Source: Terriglobia bacterium (GTDB taxonomy: Bacteria > Acidobacteriota > Terriglobia > 2-12-FULL-54-10). From it: DNA of 64,000 nucleotides. Location: assembly GCA_963666975.2 (NCBI GenBank), contig CAXVYR010000003.1, forward strand, positions 1,216,001 through 1,280,000, written 5' to 3'. Positions 50,330-60,869 of this stretch are shown here, one piece after another. Below the pieces are notes generated by a model, which was not told the DNA's origin, ran no database searches, and was given only the letters and a program-made list of their open reading frames with translations. A program made the translations under genes and the position numbers. Position 1 is the stretch's first letter, and each line of letters opens with the position of its first letter.

Positions 50330-50365
50330 AATTATTGAAACGGCAGTTTACATTACAACGTTACT

Positions 50366-51076
50366 TTACGGGCGGCCCTTGGAGACTCCTCCCAGCGGCT
50401 CTGCCAAACTATTTGCAGGTGACTGAGTCGCAGACACTTGAGCCGAGAACAACTGTGCCTCGGCTGCACGGACTGCCTGAATAAATTCCCGAATCCGTTG
50501 CGGGTCCTTCTTCCCCGGCTCGGTTTCCACCCCGGAGCAGACATCCACTCCCCAGGGACAAACCTGGTGCACGGCCTCGCCTACGTTGGAAACCTTCAGC
50601 CCCCCTGCAAGAATAATCTTGCCAAAGGCTTTGGCTTTCTGCGCCTGCGACCAATCAAAGGTCTTCCCCGTTCCGCCATGCATCCCGGCCACGAAACCGT
50701 CCAGCAAGAAGGCGCTGGCGGAACGAAAACGGCTGATTTGTTCCGGCTGGAAATCGCTGCCTACCTTGACTGCTTTGATCTTCACAAAAGATTCCAGTTG
50801 CTCCAGATACTCCGGGCTCTCGCTGCCATGAAATTGCAGCACCGCGACTCCGGTCTCCGCAGCGATTTCGCGAACCCTCTCCGGAGTTTCATCCACGAAT
50901 ACCCCCACCGTCCAGATGTCGCTGGGAATGTTGGCAAGGATACGTGCGGCCTCGCGGGGAGAGATATAACGCGGCGTCCCTTTCCAGAAATTAAAGCCCA
51001 GGGCGCTGGCACCGGCCTTGACCGCCGCTTCGGCATCTTCCGCCCGGCGGATTCCGCAAATCTTCACGTGTACCAT
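50366..51076 (-). CDS. trpF: Phosphoribosylanthranilate isomerase
   Basis: VKICGI, QFHGSE, GGTGKTFDW, LAGGL and GVDVCSGVE motifs. Confidence 0.96.
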   Translation of the reverse strand: MVHVKICGIRRAEDAEAAVKAGASALGFNFWKGTPRYISPREAARILANIPSDIWTVGVFVDETPERVREIAAETGVAVLQFHGSESPEYLEQLESFVKIKAVKVGSDFQPEQISRFRSASAFLLDGFVAGMHGGTGKTFDWSQAQKAKAFGKIILAGGLKVSNVGEAVHQVCPWGVDVCSGVETEPGKKDPQRIREFIQAVRAAEAQLFSAQVSATQSPANSLAEPLGGVSKGRP

Positions 51077-51108
51077 CAGCCTGCCATCAACCTTTCATCC
51101 ACTGGCCA

Positions 51109-51963
51109 TCAGTTCATTGGCGCCCGCGCCGCTACATCCGAAAGCAGCCGCTGCAAGGCCGCCCCCGGGTCTTCCTGCCTCATGAAACTTTCCCCAATCA
51201 GGAAGGCGTCAAAGCCAGCCGAGCGAAGACGCTCCAGGTCCTCGGCGCTGCGCAGGCCGCTTTCACTGATTGCAACCGTCTCATCGGGTATGTCGCCGAT
51301 CAGAGCGAAAGACGTTTTGATGGAAACCTCAAAGGTGTGCAAGTTCCGGTTGTTGACCCCGATGATTTCACTCCCTGCCTCCAGCGCAACGGCGAGTTCC
51401 TCCGCCGTGTGGACCTCCACCAGGGCGTCCAGCCCCAGTGTGCGGCTCGTGCTCAGCAACCGGCGCAGCACTTGCGGCTGCAAGATGGCCACGATCAGCA
51501 GAACCGCGTCCGCTCCGGCGGCGGCGGCCTCGTAGAGGTGATACTCCTCCAAGGTGAAGTCTTTCCTCAACACGGGCAGTAAGCTGGCCGCTTTTGCCTG
51601 CTTCAAATCTTCCAGGGACCCTTGGAAAAACTCCCGGTCGGTCAGCACCGAAAGCGCCCGCGCCCCCGCCTCCCGGTAACTTCGGGCAATGCCGGAAGGA
51701 TCATAATTCTCGCGCAGCACGCCCGCCGAGGGAGACGCCTTTTTCAACTCCGCAATGATGGCGCAGCCGTGCTGCCCCTCGGAAGGAGACAGCAACGCCT
51801 GCAGGAAACGTCCAGGCGGGCGCGGCGTTACCCTCTTCTCCAACTCCTTCTGAGGCACCCTCAGTTTCGCGGACTCCAGTTCTGTTTGCTTGGCCCGGAC
51901 TATGCGTTCCAGGAACTGTGGGGGTTGCGCTCGGGCCGCCATCTTCTTGACTCCGTTATACAT
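51109..51963 (-). CDS. trpC: Indole-3-glycerol phosphate synthase
   Basis: IIAELKKASPS, LSVLTD, LRKDF, GVNNRNL and SESG motifs. Confidence 0.96.
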   Translation of the reverse strand: MYNGVKKMAARAQPPQFLERIVRAKQTELESAKLRVPQKELEKRVTPRPPGRFLQALLSPSEGQHGCAIIAELKKASPSAGVLRENYDPSGIARSYREAGARALSVLTDREFFQGSLEDLKQAKAASLLPVLRKDFTLEEYHLYEAAAAGADAVLLIVAILQPQVLRRLLSTSRTLGLDALVEVHTAEELAVALEAGSEIIGVNNRNLHTFEVSIKTSFALIGDIPDETVAISESGLRSAEDLERLRSAGFDAFLIGESFMRQEDPGAALQRLLSDVAARAPMN

Positions 51964-52141
51964 CCAGCAATTAGCGGAAAATTGGGGAAATTCGATGCTA
52001 GCGACAAGCAGCTTGGCAAGTCAAGCAAATAAGCCTCCTGTGGATGCAGCAACCCCTGTGGCGAAGAGGCAAGAAACTTCCGCGACTGTCCCGCCGGGAG
52101 TGTGAGGTATAATCAAATAAATTCTTCTTCAAAGAGGGCAG

Positions 52142-52288
52142 ATGGAAAATTTTACTTTAGTGCTTTTCGCGGGTTGGATTCTCTTGATGGGATGTTTTGC
52201 AGCCATGTATTTCATGGACAACGCCGTCAAGAAGGTGGATGCAGAGCGCGCCAGCGCGCCGGAACAAAACGCGCCGCGACGCCGCTAA
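52142..52288 (+). CDS. Small single-TM membrane protein (48 aa; below ORF-track cutoff)
   Basis: MENFTLVLFAGWILLMGCFAAMYFMDNAVKKVDAERASAPEQNAPRRR*. GAGG RBS; TATAAT at 52108-52113. Confidence 0.6.
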   Translation: MENFTLVLFAGWILLMGCFAAMYFMDNAVKKVDAERASAPEQNAPRRR

Positions 52289-52370
52289 GCCCGGAACTCC
52301 AAACACTCCGTCCCTGCCGCTTGAATTGCAGCAGGCGGATAATTTCTTTCTTCTTGATTCCTTGCCGAAA

Positions 52371-52709
52371 CTAAGCCCACAGCATCACGCCGGCCACTAC
52401 GGTGCCGGCAATGGCGGCTCCGTAACAGAGAACAGCTAAAAGCGTATTGATACTTTTCAGGCCCAGGTGAACCAGTATAAAGCGGAAGCGGTGCGCCCAG
52501 TGGAAAAGCGGAAGGGAGATCAGCATAAAGCAGTAGAGACGGACCAGCGGGTTGGCAAGCAGGGTTTGCACTTTGTCAAACTCCAGGGAAACAAGTCCCA
52601 GCGGCCAGGCAATTCCCATCAGGAAGATGTGCAGGGGAATCAGAAAAGCGGCGACGACTCCCCCCGCAGAGAATAAGGACCACCAAATCGGCTCGTTCGA
52701 TTTCGCCAT
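52371..52709 (-). CDS. frdD: Fumarate reductase membrane anchor D
   Basis: SNEPIWWSLFSAGG and LPLFHWAHRFR motifs. Confidence 0.92.
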   Translation of the reverse strand: MAKSNEPIWWSLFSAGGVVAAFLIPLHIFLMGIAWPLGLVSLEFDKVQTLLANPLVRLYCFMLISLPLFHWAHRFRFILVHLGLKSINTLLAVLCYGAAIAGTVVAGVMLWA

Positions 52710-52712
52710 TTT

Positions 52713-53096
52713 TCAACTCTTCAAAATCATCCAGGCAACAAAGGCGGAGATTGCAATCCAGGCCACGTAATGGGACCCCAAGATGAGCCCCGAGGGAACC
52801 CGATCCTCGCCGATATGCAGCATCATGGCTTTGGGGGTCAGGGAAAACCAACTCAGGGTGTGAATCAGCGCGAAGGCTAAAGCTACAATGTGAAATAAGA
52901 TCGCAAGCGAGGATTGCAGACTGTCCAGAAAAGTCTGATAGGCCTCCGGCCCTTGCGAAATGCGCTGGAGCATCACCATGAAAACCACCACGTAGGCGGC
53001 GACAAAGATGCTGCTGACCTCCCGGGCCATGAAGGACAGATACGGCAGCCGCTGGAGCCACCAATCGCGGGGCATCGGGCGAATGTAAGGCTTCAT
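52713..53096 (-). CDS. frdC: Fumarate reductase membrane anchor C
   Basis: [18 protein letters not shown] and [12 protein letters not shown] motifs. Confidence 0.92.
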   Translation of the reverse strand: MKPYIRPMPRDWWLQRLPYLSFMAREVSSIFVAAYVVVFMVMLQRISQGPEAYQTFLDSLQSSLAILFHIVALAFALIHTLSWFSLTPKAMMLHIGEDRVPSGLILGSHYVAWIAISAFVAWMILKS

Positions 53097-53857
53097 TTCT
53101 TCCCTCCCCAAGGCCACAGGACTTCCTGGAACCAATCAATTGTGCTGGACAACTTGGCCTGCTGGATGGCCGCCGCCGGGTCCACGTGCTTGGGACAGAC
53201 GGCGGAGCACTCCCCGACGAAAGTGCACTGCCAGATCCCCTCGTGGCTGGCCACCTCTTCTTGCCGCTGCGACCGCCCTTGATCGCGGGAATCGAGATTA
53301 TAGCGCTGGGCCAGGGCGATGGCAGCAGGGCCCAGGAAATTCGTCTCCAGCCCGTAGACCGGGCAGGCGGAATAGCACAGCATGCAATTGATACACATGC
53401 TGAAGTCCTTGAACCGTGCATGCTCGGCGGGGCTTTGCAAATATTCCCCCTCCGATACGGGCTTCTCTCCGTCCTTTCGAATGATCCAGGGCTGAATACT
53501 TTTCAGCTTCCCAATGAAATCATCCAGCTGAATCACCAAGTCGCGGGTGACCGGAAAATTCGCCAGCGGCTCCACTCGGATTGTGTTCGGGTAGTAATCT
53601 CTGAGGAAGGCCGAGCAGCTGAGCTTCGGAATCCCATTGACCATCATCCCGCAACTGCCACAGACACCCATCCGGCAGGACCACCGGTAGGTGAGCGTCC
53701 CATCCAATTCATCCTTGATATAGTTGATGGCATCCAGCACAACCCAGTCTTCCCGAAAGGGGACTTCATAGGTTTGGAACTTCGGCTCCTCTCCTTTGTC
53801 GGGACTATACCGAAAGATCTCCAATCGGATGGTGCCGTTGGGTGCGTTATTTGCCAT
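53093..53857 (-). CDS. frdB: Fumarate reductase iron-sulfur subunit
   Basis: [24 protein letters not shown] and [22 protein letters not shown] motifs. Confidence 0.95.
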   Translation of the reverse strand: MANNAPNGTIRLEIFRYSPDKGEEPKFQTYEVPFREDWVVLDAINYIKDELDGTLTYRWSCRMGVCGSCGMMVNGIPKLSCSAFLRDYYPNTIRVEPLANFPVTRDLVIQLDDFIGKLKSIQPWIIRKDGEKPVSEGEYLQSPAEHARFKDFSMCINCMLCYSACPVYGLETNFLGPAAIALAQRYNLDSRDQGRSQRQEEVASHEGIWQCTFVGECSAVCPKHVDPAAAIQQAKLSSTIDWFQEVLWPWGGKK

Positions 53858-55586
53858 AAACTCGCTCTTTGGGTGGCCAGCGCGTGATAACCACGTCCTT
53901 GTATTCAATGCGGGGCTCTGCATCGGTTCGATACGCCATGGAGTGCTTCAGGAATTTCTGGTCATCCCGGGCGGTATGGTCCGTGCGCTGGTGGGAACCC
54001 CGTGATTCGGTGCGGCAGAGAGCGGAGTGAAGCAAGGATTGACCGATATCCAGCAGAAACTCCAACTCCAGGACCGAGATCAGTTCTGTATTATACGAAA
54101 GACTCCGGTCATCCAGCGCCACATTTCGAAAACGGTCTTTGAGAGCAGCCATTCCCGAGCAGGCCTTCTGCAGAGCGTCTCCGGAGCGGTAGATGCCCGC
54201 GCCAGCCTCCATAAGCCGGTTCATTTCCAGCCGCAGCGTGGCAACCCGCTCGGTGCCTCCCTGCTTTCGGATGAACTGCGAGGCGATCCGTTCCTGCTCA
54301 TCAGAGGCCTGTGCCTTCAGCTTCTCGCCGGCAAGGGCGGGGTGCTCGGCGGCAAACCGCGCAGCAGCGTGGGCTGCCCGCCTTCCAAAAACCAGCAGTT
54401 CCGTGAGGGAGTTCGAACCCAGGCGGTTAGCGCCGTTCAGGCTGATGCAAGCGCACTCCCCGGCGGCATACAGACCCGGAACCACCGTTGCCCCTTCGAT
54501 GTCTGTATCCACGCCGCCCATGATGTAGTGGATCACGGGACGGACCAGGATCGGCTTGTAAACCGGATCAATCCCGGCGTAATTTTTCGACAGCTCCCGA
54601 ACGAAGGGCAGCTTCTTGTTGATCTTGGCCTCGCCTAAGTGCCGCAGGTCCAGATGAACCGCGCTCCCGAAAGGAGTGGAGATCGTGCGGCCTTTCGCCT
54701 CTTCCTGCATAAATGCCTGGGAAAGGCGGTCTCGCGGACCCAACTCCATAGCTCGCTTCCGAAAGGGTTCCGGCGGCCCTAATCCGTAATCTTGCAGATA
54801 GCGGTAGCCGTCCTTATTCGTCAGGATTCCGCCTTCGCCGCGCGCAGCCTCCGTAATGAGGATGCCCGAGCCGGGAAGCCCGGTGGGGTGATACTGAACG
54901 AACTCCATGTCTTTGAGCGCCACGCCGGCCTGATATGCCAGGAACATGCCGTCGCCGGTTTTGATCGCCCCGTTGGTGGTAAACGGGAACAGGCGGCCCG
55001 CGCCGCCCGTGCACAAAATCACAGCCTTGCCGAGAATGGCATGGAGCTGGCCGGTGAGCAACTCAATTGCCGCCACCCCCTGGCATCGCCCGTCATCCAC
55101 CAAGAGCCTTGTCGCAAACCACTCGTCATACCACTGGAGAGACTGAAACTTGAGGGCGGTTTGATAGAGGGTGTGGAGCATGTGGAAGCCGGTCTTGTCC
55201 GCGGCGAACCATGTCCGCTCGATGAGCATCCCGCCGAAGGGGCGCACGGCGACCTGGCCGTTCGGCTCGCGACTCCACGGGCATCCCCAGTGTTCCATTC
55301 GGATCAGCTCGCTGGGCGCTTCATTTACAAAGGTTTCAATCACGTCCTGGTCTGCCAGCCAGTCCGAGCCGGAGACGGTGTCGTGGCAATGATCCTCCAG
55401 GCTGTCGTTGGATTTGATGACTGCGGCCGCGCCTCCCTCGGCAGCCACCGTATGGCTGCGCATCGGGTACACTTTAGAGACCACCGCAGTGCGGAGCTTC
55501 GGGAACGACTCGCCCAACTCAATCGCAGCCCGCAGGCCGGCTCCCCCGCCTCCGACGATCACTACGTCATACTCGTGACTTTCCAT
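53847..55586 (-). CDS. frdA: Fumarate reductase flavoprotein subunit
   Basis: [17 protein letters not shown] (covalent FAD His), [16 protein letters not shown] and [10 protein letters not shown] motifs. Confidence 0.96.
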   Translation of the reverse strand: MESHEYDVVIVGGGGAGLRAAIELGESFPKLRTAVVSKVYPMRSHTVAAEGGAAAVIKSNDSLEDHCHDTVSGSDWLADQDVIETFVNEAPSELIRMEHWGCPWSREPNGQVAVRPFGGMLIERTWFAADKTGFHMLHTLYQTALKFQSLQWYDEWFATRLLVDDGRCQGVAAIELLTGQLHAILGKAVILCTGGAGRLFPFTTNGAIKTGDGMFLAYQAGVALKDMEFVQYHPTGLPGSGILITEAARGEGGILTNKDGYRYLQDYGLGPPEPFRKRAMELGPRDRLSQAFMQEEAKGRTISTPFGSAVHLDLRHLGEAKINKKLPFVRELSKNYAGIDPVYKPILVRPVIHYIMGGVDTDIEGATVVPGLYAAGECACISLNGANRLGSNSLTELLVFGRRAAHAAARFAAEHPALAGEKLKAQASDEQERIASQFIRKQGGTERVATLRLEMNRLMEAGAGIYRSGDALQKACSGMAALKDRFRNVALDDRSLSYNTELISVLELEFLLDIGQSLLHSALCRTESRGSHQRTDHTARDDQKFLKHSMAYRTDAEPRIEYKDVVITRWPPKERVYGK

Positions 55587-55805
55587 CTAAGTAAGCCTCA
55601 AAACCGCGAAAACTACCATCTGTCGCAAGCTGGAATTCTCTCAAGCCTTGGCAGGAAACATCCCCGGAAAAGATCGCAAGAAAGAACCGGGCTTGCTGAA
55701 AAAGAGGTCATTTTGCTCCTATTCCATGATGCTGTCAAGGTCGCAGTGTGGCCATAGTGTGGAACGGGATAATACATTTACATCAATTTGCTTTTTCTTT
55801 ATTTT

Positions 55806-55841
55806 CGCAAATTTCAGCGCAAGTTTCAGCGCAAATTTCAA
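55806..55841. repeat. Three tandem copies of a 12-bp unit
   Basis: CGCAAATTTCAG-CGCAAGTTTCAG-CGCAAATTTCAA, upstream of frdA. Confidence 0.85.
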
Positions 55842-55879
55842 CGAAGCTTGGCTGTTGCCTGCTCAGTAGCTGGCCGCTG

Positions 55880-57307
55880 CTACAGCCCGCGAACAAACTT
55901 CTCCGTGCGCGACAGCACCTCACGAACGACTTCTTGTGATTCTGCTTCCACATAAACACGCAACAGCGGCTCGGTTCCGGAGGGGCGCACCAACAGCCAG
56001 GCTCCGTTATCCAGATATAGCTTGACCCCGTCCATATCCTCGCGCCGCAGGAGCCCATAGCCCACGAACTGACCGAGGCCCTCGCGGGAAACCTCCTCCA
56101 CGGCCCGGTCTTTTTGATCGGGCCGCAGTTCCAGGTCGACGCGGCCGTAGTGGTGCGGGCCGAACTCGCGGTGCAGTTCTGCCACCAACTCTCCCAGCGA
56201 TTTTCCGTAATACGTCATGGCGTCGGCCAGCAACACGGACATCAGGATTCCGTCCCGCTCCGGCCCTCCCAGCGAGGGAATGCCGATGCCTCCACTCTCC
56301 TCGCCGCCGATCAGGATATCGGTCGAGAGCATCCGGTCGCAAATATACTTGAAGCCGATCGGCGTTTCATAAAGCGGCAGGGAATACCGTGCAGCCAGCT
56401 TGTCCACCAGCTTGGTGGTCGAGAAAGTCTTGGTGACCCCGCCCTTCATTCCCCGGCCCTCCGCGAGGTACCTCAACAGGATGGAAAAAATTTGGTGGGA
56501 ATCAATAAACTGGCCCGTGCGGTCCACAGCGCCCACGCGGTCGGCGTCGCCGTCGGTGGCAAATCCCGCATCTGCCTTTGATTCGAGCACCGCCTCCCGC
56601 AAACCGCTGATGTGGGGCTCGATGGGCTCCGGATTCAGCCCGCCAAACATCGGGTCTGCCTCGCCGTGGATTTCCCGGCAGCAGATGCCATGTTTCTCCA
56701 GCAACCGAACCATGCAACCGCGCGCGGCACCGTACATCGGGTCGAATACAAAAGTAAAGCCGCGCTTGGCAATATTTTTGAGATCAACGGCCTGTTCGAT
56801 GTGGCGGAGGTAGGGCTCGACCAAATCCGCCGTCACCAGCTTGGCCCCGTCTGGCCGGGCTGCGGCAGCTTGGGAGGCGGCGGGAAGTTCCGCCTCGATT
56901 TTTTTTACAATCTCAGGAGCCGCCGAGCCTCCATAGCTGGCCTTGAACTTAATCCCGTTCCACTGCCAGGGATTGTGGCTCGCCGTCACCAGCAGGGCTC
57001 CGGCGGCGCCCTGCTGCCTCACGGCAAAGGCAACAGCGGGCGTCGATGTGTAACTCTCCGCCAGCCGCGCGGGAATGCCCGCCGCCGCAATTTCCTCCGC
57101 AGCAGCGCGGGCGAAATGGTCGCTCATAAAACGGCAGTCATAGCCGACCACCAAGCCACGGCTCGCATCCTCATGCGCGAGAACATACCGCCCCACAGCG
57201 CGGGCCACCAGGCGGACATTATCAAAGGTGAAATCGTCCGCAATGACGCCTCTCCATCCATCGGTTCCGAAACGAATGGAGGGCACAGACTTCTCGGCTT
57301 GTGTCAT
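55880..57307 (-). CDS. Phosphoglucomutase/phosphomannomutase
   Basis: FGTDGWRG, TASHNP, DGDADR, GGEESGG and RPSGTEP motifs. Confidence 0.95.
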   Translation of the reverse strand: MTQAEKSVPSIRFGTDGWRGVIADDFTFDNVRLVARAVGRYVLAHEDASRGLVVGYDCRFMSDHFARAAAEEIAAAGIPARLAESYTSTPAVAFAVRQQGAAGALLVTASHNPWQWNGIKFKASYGGSAAPEIVKKIEAELPAASQAAAARPDGAKLVTADLVEPYLRHIEQAVDLKNIAKRGFTFVFDPMYGAARGCMVRLLEKHGICCREIHGEADPMFGGLNPEPIEPHISGLREAVLESKADAGFATDGDADRVGAVDRTGQFIDSHQIFSILLRYLAEGRGMKGGVTKTFSTTKLVDKLAARYSLPLYETPIGFKYICDRMLSTDILIGGEESGGIGIPSLGGPERDGILMSVLLADAMTYYGKSLGELVAELHREFGPHHYGRVDLELRPDQKDRAVEEVSREGLGQFVGYGLLRREDMDGVKLYLDNGAWLLVRPSGTEPLLRVYVEAESQEVVREVLSRTEKFVRGL

Positions 57308-57339
57308 GATTATTTCCTAGAGCAAATCCTCTTTATTCC

Positions 57340-58452
57340 CTAGAGCAGTTCTTCCCGGCGGGCTTTCTCCAACCGGCTGACCACTTGGGAAATCTGCTGG
57401 GTTTGATCTCTTCGGACAATCAACAAAGCATCTGGGGTTTCCACCACGACCAGGTCTTCCAGGCCCACCGCCGCAACCAGTTTTCCTGGAACGTCCACCA
57501 GAATTCCGCTCGAATCAATCAGTAGTGTCTCGGAACACAGGGCGTTCCGCCGGTCATCGTGGGGCAACAAATCGTACACTGCGCTCCATGTTCCCAGATC
57601 ATTCCATCCGAAATCGCAGGGGATTCCAACCACCTGAGAAGCTTTTTCCAATACGGCGTAGTCCACGGAGATGTTTTCACAGGCCGGAAAAAGCTCGGCG
57701 AGCGCGCGCGGCAGGCGCTTCCGCTGGTCGCCGCCGGGACCGGACACCTTGGCGCGGATGGCCGCCAGTGTCGCAGCCGTCCGGGGAAGGTGGCGCTGGA
57801 GAGACTCGCGTATTACACTCGCCTTCCAAAAAAACATCCCGCTGTTCCAAAAAAACCTTTTGGTCTTGAGATATCTGCGCGCAACCGCGAGGCTGGGCTT
57901 TTCACGGAACCGTTCCACGGGAAGCGCCCGCAGCGGGGCCAGCGCCGGGCGGCGCGCAAATTCCACGTAACCGTAACCCGTCTCCGGCCACCGCGGCGAG
58001 ATGCCCAAAACCACAATTTTCCCCAGGCGCGCATGCTTCGCCGCCAGCCGCAGCACTCTGTGGAACGCCGCCGGTTTGCGAATCAAATGATCGGAAGGGA
58101 ACACGCCCAGAACCGCATCGGGGTCCCGTGCGGCTATCAGCTCCGCGGCCAGCCCAATGCAGGGAGCCGTATTGCGCTGCACGGGTTCGGCGATGATCTG
58201 CGCGCGCGGCACCTCAGGCAGTTGACGGCAAACTTCACGAACCAAATTCCGGTTGGTGAATATCCAGATATCCCGCGATGGAATCATTGGACGCAGACGG
58301 TCCACGGTTTGCCGCAGCAGGCTGGTGGGGCCCCAAAGCTTCATCAACTGCTTCGGATTGTTCCGGCGGCTGCGCGGCCAGAAGCGCGTGCCGCGTCCTC
58401 CCGCCAGGATCACGCCGTAAAGGCGGCCCGAAGGCTTGCGCTGTGCGCTCAT
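57340..58452 (-). CDS. manC: Mannose-1-phosphate guanylyltransferase
   Basis: ILAGGRGTRFWPRSR, EP..RNTAP, ETGYGY, WNSGMF, SVDYAVLEK and WNDLGTW motifs. Confidence 0.93.
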   Translation of the reverse strand: MSAQRKPSGRLYGVILAGGRGTRFWPRSRRNNPKQLMKLWGPTSLLRQTVDRLRPMIPSRDIWIFTNRNLVREVCRQLPEVPRAQIIAEPVQRNTAPCIGLAAELIAARDPDAVLGVFPSDHLIRKPAAFHRVLRLAAKHARLGKIVVLGISPRWPETGYGYVEFARRPALAPLRALPVERFREKPSLAVARRYLKTKRFFWNSGMFFWKASVIRESLQRHLPRTAATLAAIRAKVSGPGGDQRKRLPRALAELFPACENISVDYAVLEKASQVVGIPCDFGWNDLGTWSAVYDLLPHDDRRNALCSETLLIDSSGILVDVPGKLVAAVGLEDLVVVETPDALLIVRRDQTQQISQVVSRLEKARREELL

Positions 58453-59630
58453 GTCATCTCTCCGGAAAGGGCTGGCGGTTCGGGGAAGCACATCGCTTGC
58501 AACTGCTGCTCCGAGAAACCATGCGCGCGGAGCGGGACGCGAATGTCGGCCTCCAAATCCGGCTGGAAACTTCGCAGGAACACGCATCTGGACGCCGGTG
58601 CGACGAAAAAAGTTTGGGCGGCGGCAGGCATCACGATCACTTCCCCTTTCCCGCACTTCGCACGTTGTCCCCCCGCCTCAAACTCTGCTTCTCCTTCGAG
58701 ACCGATCCAAATTTCAAACCGGTCCCTGGTTGAATGGCGGCAAACCCCTTCCAGGACAAGCTTCTCAGTAGCAAAGTAGGGACAGGCCACCAGACAATAC
58801 GCCCGACCATGCGCCAGGCTATGCGCCAGGCCATGCATTGTGCCCTGCTTCCGATGGCACTCGAGCGGGCTGGTGCGGCCGCCTGGCGTCTTTATCTGCA
58901 AAACCTCCAAACCTTTTTCCACATGCAGCGTCCGGGGCCGTCCGTCATTGCCGGGGCGTTTGTAATCGTAGAGTCGGTAGGTGATATCAGAGTTCTGCTG
59001 AATTTCGCACAAGATCAATCCCGCGCCGATCGTATGGATGGTTCCGGCGGGCACATAGAACGTCTCGCCCTCGCCCACCTCCCGCCAGTAAAGCATGTCT
59101 TCAATGTCGCCGCTCTCGATAGCAGCCTGCAGAGTTTTCCGGTCGAGGCCCTGGTTTGCCAGCAACTCCTCCCGGAACCCCACGGCCAGCCGGGCGCCTG
59201 TTTCCGCCTGCAACACATGCCACATCTCCGTCTTGCCATCCGAGCTCTCCCGCTTGCGGGCATAGAGGTCCGGAGGATGGACCTGCACGCTCAGCTTCTC
59301 CGTAGTGAAAAGAAATTTCACCAGCAGCGGGAATGCCTGCGGGGATTGCGTACGGGAATTGTGTATCTGCCGCCCTAAAAGTTCCGGACCGCAGGAGCGG
59401 CAAAGCTCACCGAGGGTTGAGCCTTTCCACGCGCCGTTCTCAACACGGTTGCTATCGGCGGTTAACCAAACTTCCCCCACCGGGTGCGGCGACGCTGGAG
59501 GAGAGTCATACAGGTAGGAGAGGTCCTTCCGGCCCCAAACCCGTTCCTGGAAAAAAGGTTCCAGTTTTAGCGGATAGCTACAGGTGGCGGCAGGAATCTG
59601 TTCCGGAGTGCAGGACGGCAAGCGGCTCAA
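58449..59630 (-). CDS. manA: Mannose-6-phosphate isomerase, class I
   Basis: FPLLVKFL, LSVQVHP, GKTEMW, PAGTIH and EIQQNSDITYRLYDY motifs. Confidence 0.93.
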   Translation of the reverse strand: MSRLPSCTPEQIPAATCSYPLKLEPFFQERVWGRKDLSYLYDSPPASPHPVGEVWLTADSNRVENGAWKGSTLGELCRSCGPELLGRQIHNSRTQSPQAFPLLVKFLFTTEKLSVQVHPPDLYARKRESSDGKTEMWHVLQAETGARLAVGFREELLANQGLDRKTLQAAIESGDIEDMLYWREVGEGETFYVPAGTIHTIGAGLILCEIQQNSDITYRLYDYKRPGNDGRPRTLHVEKGLEVLQIKTPGGRTSPLECHRKQGTMHGLAHSLAHGRAYCLVACPYFATEKLVLEGVCRHSTRDRFEIWIGLEGEAEFEAGGQRAKCGKGEVIVMPAAAQTFFVAPASRCVFLRSFQPDLEADIRVPLRAHGFSEQQLQAMCFPEPPALSGEMT

Positions 59631-60865
59631 TCTCCCTGCTTGGCAAAGAAACTTTCCAGACGCTTCAGACCTTCTTCCAGGTTCGCCATCGACGTTGCGT
59701 AGGAGAGGCGGAAATGCTCCTTCGTGCCGAACGCTTCGCCGGACACCACCACGACACCGGCTTCCCGCAAGAGCTTCCCTCCCAACTCATTCACAGAAGC
59801 GGCCATGCTTGCTTTGCCGCCGGAGCCCTTGGGCGGATTGAGAAATGAGGAGACGTTGGGATACGCATAAAACGCGCCTTGCGGCAGGGTGCAGGAAACG
59901 CCCGGAATCTCGCTCAGTTTTTTTACCACAAACTCGCGGCGGCGACGGTACTCCTGCAACATTTGCTGCACGGAATCCTGCGGGCCGATGAGGGCCTCGA
60001 TCCCCGCCTGCTGCACGATGGAGGTGGGATTGGAAGTGCTGTGGCTCTGCAGCTTCAGCATCGCCGAGACCAAAGGCGCCGGAGCCATGGCAAAACCGAG
60101 ACGCCATCCCGTCATAGCGTAAGTTTTTGAAAGCGAACCGACCAGGATCAGATGGTCCTTGGCGCCCGGCAGCGAGCCAACGGAGAAAGGCGATTGTTCA
60201 TAAAGAAAGTAGCAGTAGCATTCATCGGAGAGGAGCATCGCGCCGTGGCTGGCGGTGACTTCCAAAATCCGCTCCATCTCCTTGGGCGGAATGACGGCTC
60301 CGCTCGGGTTGGACGGCGAATTCACAATCACCAGCCGCGTGCGGGGCGTGAGGGCCGCCTGGACCATCTCCGCCGTCAGAGCAAAGTTTTCCGTCTCGCG
60401 GGTCTCCAGCATCACCGGATGCCCGCCCGCATAGTTGATGCAATCGCAAAAAGTGACCCAGTAGGGCACCGGCAGGATCACATCGTCTCCAGGGTTCACC
60501 AGACTGCAAATCAGGTTGAAGATGGCCTGCTTGCCTCCGGCTGTGGCGATGACCTCGGCGGGAACATAAGAGGAACCGAAGTCAGCGGCGTGACGTTCGA
60601 CGATTGCTTGCCGCAGTTCAGCGGTGCCCGCCGCCGGGGTATATTTACTAAAGTTCTCCCGGATAGCGCGGATCGCCGCCTCTTTAATGTTGTCGGGGGT
60701 GAAAAAGTCGGGTTCCCCAGCTCCAAAATCCACCAGGCTCGCGCCCTGGGCGCGGAGTTTTGCCGCTTCCATAACCACGGCTTGGGTGGCGGAGACGGAG
60801 ATGCGCGAAACGCGTTGCGAAAGCGAGAAATTCGCTGCGGACAGGCTGGATTGCGGATTAGCCAT
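59627..60865 (-). CDS. Aspartate aminotransferase-like PLP enzyme (class I/II)
   Basis: GEPDF, NSPSNPSG, SDECY, SKTYAMTGWRLG and RLSYATS motifs. Confidence 0.93.
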   Translation of the reverse strand: MANPQSSLSAANFSLSQRVSRISVSATQAVVMEAAKLRAQGASLVDFGAGEPDFFTPDNIKEAAIRAIRENFSKYTPAAGTAELRQAIVERHAADFGSSYVPAEVIATAGGKQAIFNLICSLVNPGDDVILPVPYWVTFCDCINYAGGHPVMLETRETENFALTAEMVQAALTPRTRLVIVNSPSNPSGAVIPPKEMERILEVTASHGAMLLSDECYCYFLYEQSPFSVGSLPGAKDHLILVGSLSKTYAMTGWRLGFAMAPAPLVSAMLKLQSHSTSNPTSIVQQAGIEALIGPQDSVQQMLQEYRRRREFVVKKLSEIPGVSCTLPQGAFYAYPNVSSFLNPPKGSGGKASMAASVNELGGKLLREAGVVVVSGEAFGTKEHFRLSYATSMANLEEGLKRLESFFAKQGD

Positions 60866-60869
60866 TGTA

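Noticed and set aside
55806-55841. CRISPR-like array at tandem repeats
   Set aside because: Units are contiguous 12-mers without spacers, and there are no cas genes in the window.
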